A DNA stretch of 64,000 nucleotides from Naegleria gruberi. Its lineage: Eukaryota. Position 1 is the first letter of the stretch; each line of letters opens with the position of its first letter. A model generated the notes under the pieces. It was not told the DNA's origin and did not search any database. It saw only the letters and a program-made list of their open reading frames with translations. Location: the NCBI GenBank assembly GCA_000004985.1, contig GG738852.1; one strand, 5' to 3'. The position numbers and the translations under genes are program-made. Shown here piece by piece: positions 30,872 through 41,800 of this stretch.

Positions 30872-32647
30872 TTAATGTGTACACATGCGATTGTTCGTAA
30901 TCCTATCTGTTTTAAATTTGTTATAGTTTACCATGCACATGGAATAAACATAGTGTCCTTTCTTCTGGTTTTGGACCACTATATAAAAATAATCCTCAAC
31001 GTTTCCAATAACTTGTGTTTTGTTTCCAATCTTTTCCTTAATATTATCTTTAAGGGTATCTTCTAAAAAATACTTGATTGACCAATCGATATCTGAGTAT
31101 CTCCACGAATCGAAAACATTTGTAAAGCTTAAATATTCCCAGTAATCTGTTGCACTCAAATCATCAATATAATTAATAAGTCCATTTAAATAATTGTAAT
31201 AGTAGAAACTTGTTGAGAGTTTAAACTTCCTTCCTTGATCCATAAAAGTAACCTTATTTTGTAATTCACCAATTGTTACAAAATAGGTTGAACATGGATT
31301 ACTAATTCTTCTCACATCAATTTCCAACATGCCATCATATCCAATTCTTTTAGAAACTTTCCACATGATCGAGTAGGGATTATTATTTGTAATAAATTCC
31401 TCATTCTTCTTTGCTATTAAAACATAGAAAGTATCAATAAATAATTTACACTCAAAACCTGGATCCATATTTTCATAACACAATTTCAATTCATAGATTG
31501 AAAAGTTGCAATACTTTTCAGAATCAATCAGTGCTAGACCTTCTTTCATTAATGGTTTTGTAATATTTGTAATGTTTGCTGCAATCACTCTACTACCAAT
31601 TTTCCAATTATTGAAATGAATTGGAATTATTGGATAATTTCCATTCTTTGGAATGTTGTTATTATTGACATTTCCATCAAAAACAAATGAAATACGATAA
31701 TTATCTTCAAGTAATAATGAAACATAATCTCTAGTATTGAAAAGCAAGACATCCAAAGTGTTGCAATCCCAATCACAAGCTGTTATATAATGAGAGAGCC
31801 ATAGTGGTAAAGGATCTTGTAAATAGGTGCAATCTTCAAAACACTGTATGTCATCTTTCAAGTTATCAATGAATAGAAATTTCTTTACAATTCCATCATT
31901 ATTAGGTAATTTACCAAGTAAATAGAGTGAATAAATATAGCATTCACTGGTAGAATCTATTCTTAATTTGGATTTGTAATATTGTTGCATTTGTGAATGA
32001 AATTTAAATTGTAATTGGTCAACTACAATTTTAGATTCAAAAACATGTTTACAAAATTCAATTCCACTCACAAGCGACACTAATGTCATTACATTCTTTG
32101 TATTATCTACACAAACCATGAAAGGATAATAAACAGCAAATTGAACAGATGTTTGATTAATAAAATTATTCGAATCTAATTTGAAATTCAACTTATTGGA
32201 AATATAAAATTGCTTAATTGATCCCATTGCCTCTCTTTGATAAGGAATAAACTCACATTCCTTATTGAGTGTAATTAATTTTCTTTTTCTATTATTTTTC
32301 TTTTTACATTCCTTTTTTAAAAGTTGATGAAATAAATTTCCATTTTTAGAATCATCACGAATAAAATCCAATTTAATTTCATCAAATTGAGAATAAATTG
32401 AATCGTCGGACCCGAATAATTCTCTATATTGTTCATTCAAGTTTAATCTTCCACTTGTCGAATTTAAATAACAAATTTTAATTAATGCATGATGAAATGA
32501 TGAAGTTGATGAAAAGAAAGTTGAATTCCAATAATTGCATACAAGCGAACACGATTTAAAAAGTGTGCTGACATCCAAGTGAGAAAATATGATCAATAAC
32601 ACATAGGGATCATCAATGTGTGAAATTGATATGGTCAATTTGTGCAT
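30872..32647 (-). CDS. Hypothetical protein with an N-terminal F-box-like motif, 591 aa
   Basis: ATG at 32647. LLIIFSHLDVSTLFKSCSLVCNYWNS resembles an F-box (L..I..HL....L.....VCK.W). The rest is Asn/Tyr-rich with no recognised domain. Confidence 0.5.
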   Translation of the reverse strand: MHKLTISISHIDDPYVLLIIFSHLDVSTLFKSCSLVCNYWNSTFFSSTSSFHHALIKICYLNSTSGRLNLNEQYRELFGSDDSIYSQFDEIKLDFIRDDSKNGNLFHQLLKKECKKKNNRKRKLITLNKECEFIPYQREAMGSIKQFYISNKLNFKLDSNNFINQTSVQFAVYYPFMVCVDNTKNVMTLVSLVSGIEFCKHVFESKIVVDQLQFKFHSQMQQYYKSKLRIDSTSECYIYSLYLLGKLPNNDGIVKKFLFIDNLKDDIQCFEDCTYLQDPLPLWLSHYITACDWDCNTLDVLLFNTRDYVSLLLEDNYRISFVFDGNVNNNNIPKNGNYPIIPIHFNNWKIGSRVIAANITNITKPLMKEGLALIDSEKYCNFSIYELKLCYENMDPGFECKLFIDTFYVLIAKKNEEFITNNNPYSIMWKVSKRIGYDGMLEIDVRRISNPCSTYFVTIGELQNKVTFMDQGRKFKLSTSFYYYNYLNGLINYIDDLSATDYWEYLSFTNVFDSWRYSDIDWSIKYFLEDTLKDNIKEKIGNKTQVIGNVEDYFYIVVQNQKKGHYVYSMCMVNYNKFKTDRITNNRMCTH

Positions 32648-32751
32648 TTTTTTGAAATAGTTTTTATCTAGATGGTATTCGAAGAAATTATAAGATAATG
32701 CAGTTCATACGAATCCAATTGATATTTCAATCCACATTGTTACTTCTTTAT

Positions 32752-33677
32752 TTATCTAATCAAAAGCAAACTCATAACAAAACCAACAGTAATATAAATA
32801 ATCATTACTAAGGAGAAAGTAGATGAAGATTCACTTTCCTTTCTATCCATATAATCATAATAATTGGATGGAAGTGGAGTAATGTAATCTGGAATTTTTC
32901 CAATCATTTCAACAGTCTTACTACATGAGCTAGGTGCAAAAAAGTCAACCTTCATAATCTTGGCGTCATTATGTCTACACATATCATCCAATCCAGCTGG
33001 TCTTGGAGATTTAAAGTTGGTTTTGGCAAATAATATACTACTCTTATCTCCTTGTTTGAAATTGTAATACTTTTCGTATCCAGTTCCAGACATAACCAAT
33101 GGTCTTTCAAAGACAATATTAATATTGGATGAGGTATTAGTGGTTCTCGAATATCCTGCTCCTTTGAGTTGAGGAACAAGCTTATCAGGAATAGCATCGG
33201 AACCAGCAATGTATTCATGGAAGTAATGATTATAGTAGACATCTCTGTATCCAACATAGATTAAGCTGTTTAGCATTTTGGAATTATCTACACCTCCATC
33301 AACTGGAACTGGATCTAAATACTCATATCCCTATTTAATAATAGTAATATTTAAATATTAAAATTGAAGAAATTAATAATCTAAATAATTAATTATAAAC
33401 GTACACTTCTGAATCCGATGCCAGCCCACCCATTAGCAGCATCAGTAAAAACAGCTCTTCCATCTATCCATCATTTAATAATAATATATTAATTTCCAAT
33501 CTTTAAATACCATCAAATATTAAACCTACAAATCTTTGAATCCTTAATCGTCCAGAAGAAGTAATTATTATTGTACTCCACACAATTCTCATACACAACA
33601 TCAGCATCAACAAACAAAATACTTCCGAGCAGGAGGACTATCACCACAGCTGCAAATCCCAATCTAAGGCTCATCAT
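32752..33677 (-). CDS. Predicted type-I membrane protein (signal peptide plus C-terminal TM), 3 exons: 33677..33530, 33463..33404, 33314..32752
   Basis: Exon 1 encodes MMSLRLGFAAVVIVLLLGSILFVDA (signal peptide) ..FFWTIKDSKI with donor GTAGGT. Exon 2 is 60 nt with donor GTACGT. Exon 3 is in frame only with acceptor TATTTAG|ATCCAG (..YPVPVDGGVDNSKMLNSLIYVGYRD..). C-terminal TM FSLVMIIYITVGFVMSLLLIR. I first thought this was a DOMON domain but could not sustain that after re-reading the bases. Confidence 0.45.
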
Positions 33678-34206
33678 CAACAGCTAAGATTTTTTCTAAA
33701 TAAAAGAACAATATTTTCAGAGGGGAAATCAAGATAAGGTGATCAGTCTGATCTTACGGCGTTTTGAAACGCCCTTAAACATAACTAACTGTTGTATCGG
33801 AGGTTTTTGAGAAGATCCTCGAAATGAAATATTTCTTCAGGTGGTTATGATCTGACATCTAATCCATTATAATAGATAATACTTGTACGGTAACAATTCC
33901 ATTAAACCTGATATTGTTTCTAATAATTTTTCAGTTTGTTGAAGTTCGAATAAACTTATCCTTTAGAGGAAAACAAACACTCAAATTCCGAGCCAATGAG
34001 TAGCCCACAAATAGATGAATCTTATAAATGTTGTGAAATATTCACACAACCCATTCGATATCTCAACATCAGTAATGTAACATTCTTTGAAGATTCCTCC
34101 AAATTGACAACTTTTTTTGCATGAAACACCTTCAACCTCGCAGGGATCTAGCCGCAAACTGGATTTGGCGCGGTTTTGAAAACCAATTAAAATCCTCCTC
34201 GAAAAA

Positions 34207-35380
34207 ATGTCCAAAAAGCAAAGAATGGATCCACAAGGTTATCTCTTGGCCACTGATGAAATATCCGTTGTCCTATCATTCATCAATGATCACAAGACAT
34301 TAAATAATTTATCATTGTGTAACAAGGCCATACACAGTCAAATCGATCACATTGTGAATGGTTTGGTAGAAAGTCCACAGAAATTAATAGATTTTTGGAG
34401 AAGTAAATCGATTGATCCTGTTCTTGCATTCACCTATTTGAAGGAGACAAAAATCAAGTTACCATCCTATTCAGAAACTTTATTGAAATCATGCAATATG
34501 CATGTTGATTTGTTTTACAAAGCTTTCAAGTAAGTAGTTGTAGTATTGTTAATCATTATTTCACACATTTTAAAACCAAAACCTACTAAAATCATGATAA
34601 TGAAACAGTCGTTGTCCAGGAGGAAATGTTGATGCATTTATTCTAATGTGGAGACTTTTATTCACACATGATGAAGGACTCAAAGTTTGGCGTTGTTCTG
34701 CAAGAAACTGGGATGGCTCTTATTATGCATATAATCCATTTTGGAGTGAAGAAAAGAAGCCAAATTGGCCACAACTTTTGAAATGTATTATGAAGCAATC
34801 CATCAAGCATAAATCAGTTCTTTTCACCGAATTGATTCCTGAATTTGATAGTGATGAGTATGATACTGATTGGGCTCAAGTTCAAGCTCAAGTTTTTGTT
34901 AATAATGCCAAATTACTTGATTTTAAAAAGAAACTTGTAACAAACAAGAAGGAAAATACTAATCCAATCAAGACAGCTAAGAAATCTAAAAAGTCTAAAA
35001 AATCTGATACACCAACCTTAATTGACCACTCCAATCCATTAACTCTTCTAGATGAAATCAAAGAATTTTGTCAAGTCAAACTTCCTGTAAATGAATCAGA
35101 TGATTTTGAAGATGAGTATGGATCCATGTCAAAATCTGGAAAGGAGTTCAGAAGAGGTGCAAAATCAACTAGTCTTGCTGAAAATGATGGTGATTGTGAT
35201 GACGATTATCATGATGTTTTTGCATCTCATTTGGAAAATATTATTGAGAGAATTAAAAAGATTGAACCAGTTCCACCTAAACAAGTATTGAATCAAGATG
35301 ATGATGATCTAATGATAATGAAGACAATGATGAAGAACAAGATGAAGAGGAAGAGGATGAGGATGAATAAATCATCTTGA
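34207..35380 (+). CDS. Hypothetical protein, 2 exons (34207..34529, 34609..35380), Lys-rich and acidic C-terminal half
   Basis: Donor TTCAA|GTAAGT at 34530 and acceptor GAAACAG|TCG at 34608 (79-nt intron) join the two ORFs in frame (..KAFN RCPGGNVD..). N-terminus resembles an F-box-like helix (GYLLATDEISVVLSFINDHKTLNNLSLCNKAIHSQID). Confidence 0.45.
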
Positions 35381-35475
35381 ATTTTACTGTATTTCCAATA
35401 AATACAAATTCAAACAACATTGATCTTGCAACAATTAAGTGGTTGTCAATTTTCTTTCAAGTTATTATTAAAAAA

Positions 35476-38400
35476 ATGAATAAATTGCGTTCTGTTGTGT
35501 CAAAGAAGAAACAACGTTACCAAAAGGAAGGTTTTGACCTCGACTTGACGTACATTAGTGATCGTGTCATTAGGTAAGTTTCTACTCGAAAGACAATAGT
35601 TTCGAATAAAGAATAGTATGGGTTTCCCTTCAACAGGTGCAGAAAGTTTGTACAGAAATCCTTTGGAAGAAGTAAAATCCTTTTTCCAGTCCAAACACGA
35701 CGACCACTACAAGATTTATAATTTGTGTTCGGAGAAGAATTATGATCCTAGTGTATTTTCGAATCGTGTTGCTAGGTAAGTTTCGAATAGAATAATAATA
35801 GTAACACCTTTTATAGATTCCCATTTGATGACCACAATGCTCCACATTTTTCATTAATTTTGGATTTTTGTGAAGGTGAGTTTAAAGTTTCGAATTGTTT
35901 GATGGAATTGTATAGATGCTTGTCGTTACTTGATGGAAGATAAACAAAATACTCTTGCTGTTCACTGTAAAGGTAAGTCTAAATTGCTATGAATTCATTC
36001 CATTGACATGTGACTTTAGCCGGCAAAGGAAGAACTGTATGTTTTTCTAATAGTATTTGAAAATTAATGTTTTAACAACAAAAAATATCCATTAACAATT
36101 ATCATCAACACACAACCGATATTTCATCATCAATCATACCAATTATGTCATTGCACAAATTTCTCTCTCAAATAGGGTACTATGGTTTCATCTTTGATGA
36201 TTTATACTGGTTTCTGCTCAACTGCATCCGAAGCTATGGAATTATTTGGTAGAATCAGATGTAATGATTCTAAAGGTGTGACTATTCCTTCTCAGAAGAG
36301 GTAAGTTTTGATGCATTTTTCTTCATTTACTAAAGATTTTCAATGTTAATCATTCGATCATTGTGAAATCTCTGAAATAGATATGTTCAATATTTTGAGG
36401 AATGTGTTGTTCATAGAGGAATGAGATTTCCAACAAAAGATGCGAAAATTACACTCAAAGCTGTTCATATGAATTCAGTTCCACACTTTGATAGAGATGA
36501 AGGAAGTGATCCATACTTTGTCATTCATCAACCTTTCTATGATAAGGAAACAAGAGATAATTATCGTATGGAAAAGTTATTTGATTATTCGGTAAGTTGA
36601 TCATTTTACATAATTTGCTGAAATTCACACAATTTGTAGCAAAATGAAAAAGTTAAACATTTAAAGAAGGGAGAGGAAGTTTGGATTAAAAATTTGAATA
36701 TTGACCTTTCTGGTGACTTTAGAATGATTTTCTATGATATGGATAAAGTCAAGAAGGATGAAAAAATGTTCATGCTTTGGTTGAATACAAACTTTTTACA
36801 CTTGCACCAACCTTACAATTCTTCCAATTCAATTCCACATAGAAAATTTTTGGGTCCTAATGATATTGTTGTTAGAATTCCAAAAGTTGAATTGGATAAA
36901 GCTGTAAAAGACAAGAAGAATCAAGCATTTGATGCTGATTTTTATGTTGACTTGATTATTGAAGTGAAGGAACCAAGTCAATATTCTGAACCACACAAAT
37001 TTGTGTACAATACACCAGACAGTGGAAAGGAATTGTTTGGAGAAATTCAACAATACGCTAAAACTGAAGCTTCAAGCAAGGAAAAGGAAAAAGCCAGAAA
37101 ACAATACGAACAAGGTAGAGAATTCTTTGCATTGAAACAATATTCCAATGCTGTTACATCTTTCTCGAATGCTATTTTGATTGATAGTGGATTTGAGGAA
37201 GCTTACATGTCAAGAGGTTTAGCTAACATGAATTTGAAACGTTTCCCTGAAGCAATTTACGATTTCACAACTGTTTTGAATATTCTGGCTAAGGGAACTA
37301 CAAGTTTGGGTGAAGATATTCCAATTCAAGATAGTATTACAATTACTTTAAGAGCATATCACTCCAGAGGTAAATGTCATACTAAAATGAAGGAATATGA
37401 ATTTGCCATCAAGGATTATGATAGTGCCACTTCAATTTTAGAACATGCTCAACATATTGGAAACGATGGATGTTCTACCACTACTGTATCCAACAATAAT
37501 CACTCTACATCTCCTTTCACTGATTCACTCTTCCAAACATTCTTTAGAGTTTATCTCGATAGAGGTCTCATTAACGATGCTCTTCAAAAATACTCTGACT
37601 GTATTATTGATTATACTAACTTTATCAAATATATGGATCCACTCTCTGAATCTCTAGTTGTTAAATTGAGAGAAGGTAAAATAACTGCAAACAAGTATGA
37701 ACAATACTTGTTTGAATTGTTCCAAGCCTTTTACAATAAGGCAATTGCTATTGGAAAGGTCGATAATTATCCTAACAAGGAAACTCAAGTATTCCATGAC
37801 TTGAACAAGGCAGTTGATTATATTGAAAAGATGTCTGACCCAATTAACAGTCCAGATGCTCTAGTATTTGGTCAAGTCTACCTTGCCAGAGGTGATAGAC
37901 AAACAGATAAGGAAGCTGCCATTAACGATTTCCTTAAATGTCTCTTATATGATAAGACTAACAGGATAGCTACAAAGAGATTGGCTGTTTTACTCTATGA
38001 ACAAAAGCAGTACAAGAGAGCTGTTCTCTATTTTTCAAAACTCATCAAGGATGAACCACAAAATGTCAAAATGCTTACCAATAGAGCTATTTGTTATTTA
38101 AAATTGGAACTTTATGAAAATGCCATTGTTGATTTTAAGGCAGCTCAGAATTTATCACCTGATACTATGAATTTATATGTACAATGTGCCAGATGCTACA
38201 GAAGAAAACACGAACTCTCAGACCCAGCTCAAATACCTCAAAAAGAATTGGAAGATTGTGAAATTCAATATTCAACAGCTATTGATTATCTTCAAAAGAG
38301 AAAGAAGGCAGCTACTCCATCCACTCCAAGCACACCAACTCTCTCTTCATCCTCAACTATTAAGGACGATGATCTTAAAACTCTCTACTTTGAACGTGGT

Positions 38401-38724
38401 ATGACTAGATTCGCTCTGAAAAAATACGAAAGTGCTATTCTCGATTATAGTCATTGTCTTGAACTCGACCCAAATCATTCCCTAGCTCTCTACAATAGAG
38501 CTTACACTCGTCAAAAATTCTTGAAACAATACGACAAGGCCATCACTGACTATGAACAAGTTCTGACCTTCAATTCATCTGATCTAAAGGCACGTCTTGA
38601 AAAGGGATGTTGCCTCTACTATTTAAAGAAAGATGAAGAAGCAATTATGGAATGGCAATTAGTATTGAAAAAAGATCCAAACAATGAAGCTGCCAAAGTG
38701 TATCTTTCCCAATTAGCTAAATAA
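35476..38724 (+). CDS. PTEN-like lipid/protein phosphatase with a C2 domain and a C-terminal TPR-repeat region, about 938 aa, 8 exons: 35476..35573, 35617..35775, 35817..35875, 35916..35972, 36020..36036, 36176..36300, 36381..36591, 36640..38724
   Basis: Exon-by-exon match to human PTEN. KKKQRYQKEGFDLDLTYISDRVI | SMGFPSTGAESLYRNPLEEVKSFFQSKHDDHYKIYNLCSEKNYDPSVFSNRVAR | FPFDDHNAPHFSLILDFCE | DACRYLMEDKQNTLAVHCK | AGKGRT | GTMVSSLMIYTGF...GVTIPSQKR | YVQYFEE... | C2-like FRMIFYDMDKVKKDEKMFMLWLNTNF (PTEN [25 protein letters not shown]). After that, about 10 TPR-like repeats (e.g. AVTSFSNAILIDSGFEEAYMSRGLANMNLKRFPEAIYDFTTVL). All introns are GTAAGT/GTGAGT/GTATGT...YAG, 40-139 nt, and all phases are consistent. 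Confidence 0.75.
36020..36036 (+). CDS. 17-nt microexon of the PTEN-like gene encoding the catalytic P-loop residues A-G-K-G-R-T (phase 1 in, phase 0 out)
   Basis: CCGGCAAAGGAAGAACT, flanked by acceptor TGACTTTAG| and donor |GTATGT. Without it the CX5R arginine is missing; with it the protein reads HCKAGKGRTG, identical to the PTEN signature. Confidence 0.6.
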
Positions 38725-38808
38725 ATATTCACTCCATTTTAACTCAATTCAACAAAGTTTTTAAAAAAAAAATCAACAAATTTTCTCGCTTTTTAAAAAT
38801 AGAAAAAA

Positions 38809-41800
38809 ATGAATAAACGACTAGAGGAATTTTCTCCTAAGCCAGTTGTTCGGAGCAGTAGAACAGCTGCTGCATCATCAAGTAATAGTAATATGGATGC
38901 TGATGATGATCAATTAATGGTAATTGATGAAAAAATCCTTCAAGAATTTAAACAATTTCACTCATCAGAAATGATTGAATATAATTCTAAAAAGTTTATT
39001 GAAAAGTATTGGAGCAATACACAAGAGAAGAACGAAAAGACCATGTATTTGGTAACCTTTTTACGTGATGTGATATATAAAGTACCAGAACATGAAGAAA
39101 AGGAATTACAAGTTTCGGAGAGGACACAAACAAACAGACAAAGATTAGAAGATTTGTTGGGAGGCTTGACCGGAGGAAATACTCCTACCATTAACAATTT
39201 TATGCAGCTATTGTCTGGATTGAGAGATCAACCAATGCCCATCACTACTTATTCTGAAGTTATAGTAAATCCTGATGAAACGGTAGAGATTGGATCCGAT
39301 TGGTTGTCTTGCTTGTTATGTTATGGACAAATGCAAAAGGAAGCACAGTACAAGAGAATATTAACAACAAATAGAGGAGTTTGTGGTAAAACTTGGACAG
39401 TTGGACAAATTGCATTCAAATGTAAAACTTGTCAGATGGATCCAACTTGTGCTATTTGTGAAGAATGTTTCAAGAAGGGAAATCATGAAGGACATGATTA
39501 TTCCATGACTAGAAATTCTAATGGTATGTGTGATTGTGGTGATGTTGAAGCTTGGAGTGTATCAGGTTTTTGTTGTGATCATACTGGAAGAAGTGATCCT
39601 CTGGCCCACTTGACCCCTGATTATTTGGAACTTTTGAAAGCCATCACCAAAGGATTATTCTCTAAAGAGGGTGTCATTAATAATTACATTCGAGAAATTA
39701 CAACCAAGTACAAATCGTTAAAAGATGAAGGTTCCAGAAAAAAGTCATTCCAACTGCAAACTCTCTACCAAAATTTCAAACAAGTTCTAGAAACTGTTTT
39801 GGAAAATTTTGATTCATCACCTTGTCTCAAAAAGTTAGCATATTTGGAACTTAAAGAGTTGAAAAAGGGATCGACGTCTCTAGATGAAATATTACTGAGC
39901 ATACCATCAATGACTCAACCAATCAAGTATTTGTATTCTGATATCTTTATGTCTTTCATAACAGACATTGATTTTAAAACATTTTTCTCGGAGAGATTTA
40001 TTGCTCATTACTCCATAATTATTGAAGACTACAAGGAATATTTGAAAACAAAAAATAAGGAAAATCGTGAAGATGATGAGAGAAAGTCAGTCCACATCTC
40101 TTCTCTTTCTGTTCAGCTATTAACTACTCCAACCGTAGCTGCCCACTTGATAGAAAATTGCAACTTGGTCTCAGTTCTTTTAGATACGTTAATAGAAACT
40201 GTAGAGGATGAATCTATAATGGATGAGACTAGAAATAATAGATTAGTTTATAATCCTGAAGCCAATTCTAAAAAAGTAGAAGCTCTGTATCATATCATTT
40301 TTGATATTAACTATTGTGTTATGCATCAAAAATTCAGTGATCATGTTTTACTCAATGAAGATTGCTACCACAAATTTTTAACATTCCTCTCCTATCTTCA
40401 AGCAACAATTGATATTAATAGAAAAGATAGCGATGACTCTCAATGGTATACGGCCTTCAATTTGGAGATGGGTACTTTACCTAAAATCATTAGATCCATT
40501 ACCAGTTTTATCGAAGGATATGCTAATGATTCAAAATATAAGACTATCCTCCGTCAATTAATTATGAATCTCAGCAAGATCATTTTGGATGATAACTTTG
40601 AAATTGAAACAGATGGTACTGTAAAAGTTAATCCATTCAATATTCCAATTACATACAACTTACCATTGCACAGGTTTGCAACAACCATATTCAAACAATT
40701 AATGTCAATATTCCCAACTGTTTCTCTCAAGTCATCTATTTCTGAAATTTTAGAACAAACATCACCAAACTCGCCACAAGTAACAAATCAATTCTTAATA
40801 CAGTTACTTGAACAGCCACTCAAAATTTTTGTTACTTCAGCCCAAATTACTGCTAGACTTTGGCAAAGAAATCATGAACATAGTAAGTAATTTAAATTTG
40901 AAAATCTTAAGATCAATTTTTCCAGTTCTTGAGCAATCTTATAATTATAATTCTGAAGCTTTTGGTGATTACACCTATTGTAATGACATATTCTTGATTC
41001 AAATTATTAGTGGACTCATGGATAATCATGATTTAATATTTAGAACACTTATCAAAAAGTTCAACAACTCCTTGGATGAATTGAAATTGTTTACCAAGGA
41101 AAAGCTAAAAGAAGATGAAGATAAAAGATCCATTTTGGAAGAAGAGTTTGCAAGACTCTTAGTTTGCATAAGTACCAACAGAGTATTTATGGATTCAATG
41201 AGCAACTTTGATATTTGTAGAAAATATGTTCTTCATTACTTGTTTACTGAGGAAAAATGCAAATTTTCAGATATTGTTTCGGCAGTTCCAAAATCCTTCA
41301 GAGCAGCTGGTATTGATCTCAAAGTTATTGTAAACGAAGTTGCTAATTTCCACAAGCCAAAAGGATCTCACGATCAGGGTTATTTTACTGTAAAATCAAA
41401 TTATTGGGATGAATTGGATCCATACTTTATTGGTATGAGCTCTCAATTATTTTATCAAGCTACAGAACAATACAAGACACAAACAGGGCTAAAACAACCT
41501 CCACCAATTTGTCTGGAAAAGCCAATATTTGCTGCCAATCAACAACTTGAAAGTGGGCTTACAGGATTAATGCTCAGTAATTCACTTTACAAGATAATTT
41601 TCTTTATCATGTATAGAACGATAATTTGGAGAAAGGATTCTAGCCAAGAACAGTTACCAGCTTTTGTTCTTCATTTACTCTTACTCTCACTGAATCATGT
41701 TCCTACTGGTACAGCAGAAGTTTCCCAAATAACTGTTCCTTCTAAACAATCCTTGCTCTCACCAATTAATAGTTATTTGGACATTCCATTTAAAGATGGT

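Noticed and set aside
32752-33677. Initial call of a DOMON domain (WAGIGF motif) for the type-I membrane protein
   Set aside because: Recounting the bases gave GWAGHRIQK rather than GWAGIGF, and exon 3 had to be re-anchored at a different acceptor. Domain call withdrawn; only the signal peptide and TM are retained.
33981-34214. Minus-strand 77-aa ORF between the membrane-protein gene and the next plus-strand gene
   Set aside because: No start context, Cys/Phe-rich low-complexity, and overlaps the likely 5' UTR of the 34207 gene.
36829-37053. Minus-strand ORF inside the PTEN-like terminal exon, plus other small internal ORFs (37445..37657, 38177..38404)
   Set aside because: Alternative-frame noise within a conserved C2/TPR coding exon.
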